Below are positions 15,125 through 18,588 of a stretch of DNA of 18,588 nucleotides, piece after piece. The DNA is from a virus, in IMG/VR virus record IMGVR_UViG_3300045988_079303, positions 1 through 18,588 of that record; one strand, written 5' to 3'. The number at the start of each line of letters is the position of its first letter. Position 1 is the first letter of the stretch. The position numbers and the translations under genes were made by a program. The notes under the pieces were generated by a model. It ran no database searches, was not told the DNA's origin, and worked only from the letters and a program-made list of their open reading frames with translations.

Positions 15125-15946
15125 GTGAGTAACACGGCGTCTGGCGTGCTTTCCATCGCACGTGGCGAGATCGGCTATGACCGATTCCGCGACCCCGAGC
15201 AGGGAACCAAGTATGGCCGTTGGTACGCGCGGCAGACGGGCGAGCCCTACTATGGCGAGTCGGGCGTGCCCTACTGTGCCATGTTCGTCTCTTGGGTGTT
15301 CGCTGCCGCATCCGCATACTGCGCTGGCATCCCCGCTGCCTACTGCCCTTACATCGAGCGTGACGCCAAGGCGGCAGGCCGCACCGTGGGCAAGACGAGC
15401 GCCCAGGCGGGGGACGTTGTGATTTTCGACTGGGGCAATGACGGCGTTGCCGACCACGTGGGCATTGTCGGGGCAAACAACGGCAGCTACCTTACCACCA
15501 TCGAGGGCAACACCAACAACGGCAAGGTCGCGCGCCGAACCCGCGCGTTTTCCTCCGTCCGCTGCGTGGTTCGCCCCAACTACGATGGCGGCTCTGACCC
15601 CACCCGCATCGAGGAGGACGGCTATTGGGGCGAGAAGACCACGCGCCTTGCCCAGCGCATCGCGCACACGCCGATTGACGGCATCGTGAGCTCTCAGGAC
15701 TCCGGCTGGAAGGGTTCTCTTGCTGGCTGCACGTCCGGATGGGAGTTCGTGAGCAACGCGGTAGGCTCTCAGCTCATCACAGAAATCCAGATCAAGTGTG
15801 GGGTGGCTGCTGACGGCATCATGGGCCGCAACAGCATCAACGCATTCATCAAGCGCTACGGCAACGGCGTGTGTGACGGACGCCTCGACGCGCCGAGCAT
15901 CGCCATCAAGGGATTCCAGCACGCGCTCAATGAGGGTTGGATCTAG
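15125..15946 (+). CDS. Endolysin with an N-terminal CHAP (cysteine/histidine peptidase/amidase) domain and C-terminal PG_binding_1-like repeats.
   Basis: GVPYCAMFVSWVF carries the CHAP catalytic Cys and DHVGIVG the His. The C-terminal EDGYWGEKTTRLAQ and ADGIMGRNSINAFIKRYG are peptidoglycan-binding repeats. GTG at 15125 follows GGAGGAGG; the in-frame starts ATG 15098 and TTG 15077 are alternatives. Confidence 0.75.
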   Translation: MSNTASGVLSIARGEIGYDRFRDPEQGTKYGRWYARQTGEPYYGESGVPYCAMFVSWVFAAASAYCAGIPAAYCPYIERDAKAAGRTVGKTSAQAGDVVIFDWGNDGVADHVGIVGANNGSYLTTIEGNTNNGKVARRTRAFSSVRCVVRPNYDGGSDPTRIEEDGYWGEKTTRLAQRIAHTPIDGIVSSQDSGWKGSLAGCTSGWEFVSNAVGSQLITEIQIKCGVAADGIMGRNSINAFIKRYGNGVCDGRLDAPSIAIKGFQHALNEGWI

Positions 15947-15983
15947 GGTATACTGACATCAGGCCTCATGCCTACCTTCCACA

Positions 15984-16019
15984 AAGGCCGCTCCCTTACC
16001 AGTCCAGGGGAGCGGCCTT
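15984..16019 (+). other. Stable hairpin, aaggccgctccc / gggagcggcctt (12-bp stem, 12-nt loop), with no U-tract.
   Basis: A perfect 12-bp inverted repeat between the endolysin stop and the RBS of the next gene. It may be a partial terminator, an RNA stability element or a processing site. Confidence 0.5.
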
Positions 16020-16038
16020 CATTAGTTCGGGTGAGATC

Positions 16039-17364
16039 ATGCCATTCACTGACGCGCAGAAGAAATATGCGTACTACGTAATCGCAACGGTGGAATCCGA
16101 GTGCGACTATGGCAGCGTATACCAGGAGGACCCTATCACTCTGGGCATCGCCCAGTGGTATGGGCAACACGCCTGGCGCCTCATGAACAAGATGAGGAGC
16201 GAGGCGCCAAACGCCTACGCCAAGCTCTCTGGCAGACTGCGCGGGCTCATGGACGATCCGGGCAAGTCCACATGGGATTTCTGGGCGTCAATCTATACCA
16301 ACAACGATGACGCGGCATCCTTCAGGGATTCCGCCACGCTGGACGAGTGCAAGAGGGTGCAGGACGAGCTATTTCTCTCCGACGCATTCAGTGGCAGGAA
16401 TGAGATTGGCGATCTCAATTACTACGACACGCTCATCAACATGCATGTCGAGGATGACCCCAAGAAGATAATCTATTGGATGTGCGTCTACCACCAGCTG
16501 CCCCGATGGGCGAGCAGGGGCATCTCAGCGATAGGCGGCGGCTCTAGCATCGAGCGAATCCGCGACTGGCTACTCTCAACTCAGGGCCCATCCCAGTACA
16601 GAAACAGGTACCAGACCACCTATAACCTTCTGGCAAAGTGGGACGGCGTGAGCGACCCTCCCGACTTCGGCATGGTGGGCGAAGTCTCGAGTGACCCGAG
16701 CGGCAACATCGAGCAGACCACGCTACAGTCACAGGTGAGCTACGTGGAGCTTGTCGGAAACGATCTCATCATCCATGGAAAGGTCACGAGCTCAGAGCAG
16801 TTGCTATGCCATTACAACGGCACTGGGCGCTGGCTCCCCAAGAGCGGAACCAACGTCGATAATCCTGCTGGCGGCAGCTCAGCCCCGGGAGACGCCCCAG
16901 CGGCAAGCCCAGACGATCCCACCGACTTTCCAGCAATGCGCAAACTCTGGTATGACAACGCCGAGAAATGGGGCTATGCCCAGGCCCCAGGCCGTCTCAA
17001 TCCGCCATCAAGCGGATTCAGCGACTGCTCAGCATGCATCTACTGGGCGGCAAACGCTGCGACTAACAACAAATACTCGTGGATCGGGACGAGCACCCGC
17101 GCCATGCGCGATAACGTGCACATCGTCTATGAGACGAGCGGGCGCACGCTACCACTTAGCGTGCTCCGCCCAGGCGATCTAATCATCATGGACTACAACG
17201 GGGACAACGTGACAGACCACGTGGAGTGGTACATGGGAAATGGCGTAGTATGGGGCGCCGGAAACGCGCCGCTACCGCACCACACCAGCGATGACGTGGA
17301 ACACTTTCTTGAGACATTCAGCTCAAGGCTCGCGCACGTGTGGGTAGGGAGGTTTCTAGACTGA
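16039..17364 (+). CDS. Second peptidoglycan hydrolase, 441 aa. It has an N-terminal lysozyme/lytic-transglycosylase-like region and a C-terminal CHAP/NlpC-P60-type Cys-His peptidase. It is likely a virion-associated (tail) lysin, analogous to phi29 gp13.
   Basis: The C-terminal FSDCSACIYWAAN carries a Cys nucleophile and TDHVEWYMGNG a His. The N-terminal TVESECDY...PITLGIAQWYG resembles the ES...GLMQ signature of SLT domains. ATG at 16039 follows GGGTGAG, and the TTG-extended track ORF is rejected. It overlaps the ATPase start by 1 nt. Confidence 0.55.
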   Translation: MPFTDAQKKYAYYVIATVESECDYGSVYQEDPITLGIAQWYGQHAWRLMNKMRSEAPNAYAKLSGRLRGLMDDPGKSTWDFWASIYTNNDDAASFRDSATLDECKRVQDELFLSDAFSGRNEIGDLNYYDTLINMHVEDDPKKIIYWMCVYHQLPRWASRGISAIGGGSSIERIRDWLLSTQGPSQYRNRYQTTYNLLAKWDGVSDPPDFGMVGEVSSDPSGNIEQTTLQSQVSYVELVGNDLIIHGKVTSSEQLLCHYNGTGRWLPKSGTNVDNPAGGSSAPGDAPAASPDDPTDFPAMRKLWYDNAEKWGYAQAPGRLNPPSSGFSDCSACIYWAANAATNNKYSWIGTSTRAMRDNVHIVYETSGRTLPLSVLRPGDLIIMDYNGDNVTDHVEWYMGNGVVWGAGNAPLPHHTSDDVEHFLETFSSRLAHVWVGRFLD

Positions 17365-18425
17365 TGCAGATTGACAAGAGCTTTCGCTATGACATCTCAG
17401 GCGTCATGGGCTCAGGCTGTGCCGTTAACATCGTCACGGGGGCCCGAGGATGCGGCAAGACGTATGCCTGGAAGAAGAAGTGCATTGAGCTATTCATTAA
17501 GCGCCACTGGACGTGGGCATACACGCGCACGTTCGAGGAGGAGCTAAAGCAGCTGGTTAGCAAGGGACCATATGCGTTCTTCTCCGACATCATGGAGAAC
17601 GACGAGTTCCCCGGATGGATGTTCCGCGTAAATGGGCGCCTTATGCAGGCAGGCAAGGTTGGCAAGGACGGCGGCGTCAAACGATGGGAGACCATGGGCA
17701 ACCTACTGGCACTAACCCAGGCGCAAAACTATAAGGGAACCACGCTTGCCACGCTGCACTATGTAGTCTTTGACGAGTTCATCCGTGAGACGAACATTCC
17801 CTCATACCCAAGAGACTGCGTGTGGAAATTCTATAACCTATGGGACACGCTAGATCGCAATTCCGACCGCGTGCGTTGGATCATGCTCGCCAACGCGGCG
17901 GACGTGGTGAACCCATACTTTGCCGAGTGGCACATAACCCCGCCCGATCCAGGGCGCACCAAGCGCGTGCGCGTAGGCAAAGACTATGCCTATATAGAAA
18001 CATTCGACAACCCCAAGTTTACCGAAGCAACAGGACAGAGTGCAATCGGCAGGTTCACGGCAGGAAGCGCCTATGCTGCCTATGCACGGTTCAACCAATT
18101 CCGCAACGCAGGGCAAGACTTTGTGGCTCCCATGCCCAGGCGCTGCCAGCCGCAGGTAAACATCAAGTGGAGCGGCAATACATACTGCGTATATATGTCA
18201 CTGGACATGGACGGCACCGCTTACGTGTCACGCAAGGCAAACCCTGACGCGCAGACGGTAGCGCTCACCAAGGAGGACATGAGCCCGAACCTATACATGA
18301 TCGAGCGAAACAGCCCGCTACTCAAGGCGTACGGAAAATACTACCGGCAGGGCAACATGAGATTTGACAGCGCCGCGACGCGAGAGAAGTTCGCCAACGT
18401 ACTAGCCATGTGTGGCATTCATTAG
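17364..18425 (+). CDS. DNA packaging ATPase (phi29 gp16-like), 353 aa.
   Basis: Walker A is IVTGARGCGKTYAW and Walker B is LHYVVFDEFIRE. VFDEFIRE...NIPSYP...VRWIMLANAADVVNPYF resembles gp16 VFDEFIREK...YIPNE...VRCICLSNAVSVVNPYF. ATG at 17364 overlaps the upstream stop (tgATG). It is the last gene before the right ITR. Confidence 0.9.
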   Translation: MQIDKSFRYDISGVMGSGCAVNIVTGARGCGKTYAWKKKCIELFIKRHWTWAYTRTFEEELKQLVSKGPYAFFSDIMENDEFPGWMFRVNGRLMQAGKVGKDGGVKRWETMGNLLALTQAQNYKGTTLATLHYVVFDEFIRETNIPSYPRDCVWKFYNLWDTLDRNSDRVRWIMLANAADVVNPYFAEWHITPPDPGRTKRVRVGKDYAYIETFDNPKFTEATGQSAIGRFTAGSAYAAYARFNQFRNAGQDFVAPMPRRCQPQVNIKWSGNTYCVYMSLDMDGTAYVSRKANPDAQTVALTKEDMSPNLYMIERNSPLLKAYGKYYRQGNMRFDSAATREKFANVLAMCGIH

Positions 18426-18588
18426 CCATGCGGTGTGTCGAGCAGACATGCCGTGTGCTGTGTCGCGCTGTGGTGGGTGCGGCGTGTGTCGCGCTGTGGT
18501 GTGGTTGGGGTGAGTCGAGTTGGGAGGAGTACAGCCCTCTAGTTCTTCTAAAACTGATACAGAACGGTTAGCTGAAAGATCCCAACTG
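18411..18588. repeat. Right inverted terminal repeat (ITR).
   Basis: Reverse complement of 1..178. The packaging ATPase stop codon (tag 18423..18425) lies inside it. Confidence 0.95.

Noticed and set aside
1-18588. A search for tRNA, integrase, repressor, toxin-antitoxin or CRISPR features.
   Set aside because: No cloverleaf-like candidates, recombinase motifs or repeat-spacer arrays were seen. The genome looks like a minimal lytic replicon.

Overview
The window appears to be a complete linear genome of a small phi29-like podovirus (Salasmaviridae/Picovirinae-type), about 18.6 kb. Positions 1..178 are the exact reverse complement of 18411..18588, so the window starts and ends in a ~178-bp inverted terminal repeat. 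All convincing genes are on the + strand. The genome is colinear with phi29 in its key modules: small early proteins, a basic terminal-protein candidate fused by a GTGA overlap to a protein-primed family-B DNA polymerase (3178..4893), then an acidic scaffold-like protein, major capsid protein with a C-terminal Big_2 domain, tail knob, portal/connector, collar and fibre-like proteins, a holin, a CHAP endolysin, a second virion-type peptidoglycan hydrolase, and a gp16-like packaging ATPase whose stop codon lies inside the right ITR. The DNA polymerase shows the ExoI DFETTT, Kx3NNIYG and YCDTDS motifs. GC is high (roughly 58-65 % in most genes), which points to a high-GC Gram-positive (actinobacterial) host. 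The ~11.67-12.4 kb stretch is different. It holds a 41-aa membrane micro-ORF absent from the ORF track and a 193-aa beta-rich protein, at ~43 % GC with AT-ending codons, so it looks like a recently acquired host-recognition module. Three rho-independent terminators are visible, after the 149-aa early gene, the capsid gene and the 220-aa fibre gene. Between the polymerase and the structural genes there is a likely early/late switch region with 22-bp-spaced direct repeats and a sigma70-like promoter. No tRNA, integrase or CRISPR is present, and the long minus-strand ORFs are GC-driven antisense artefacts. Homology statements rest on motif-level recall of phi29 proteins and should be confirmed by HMM or BLAST searches.
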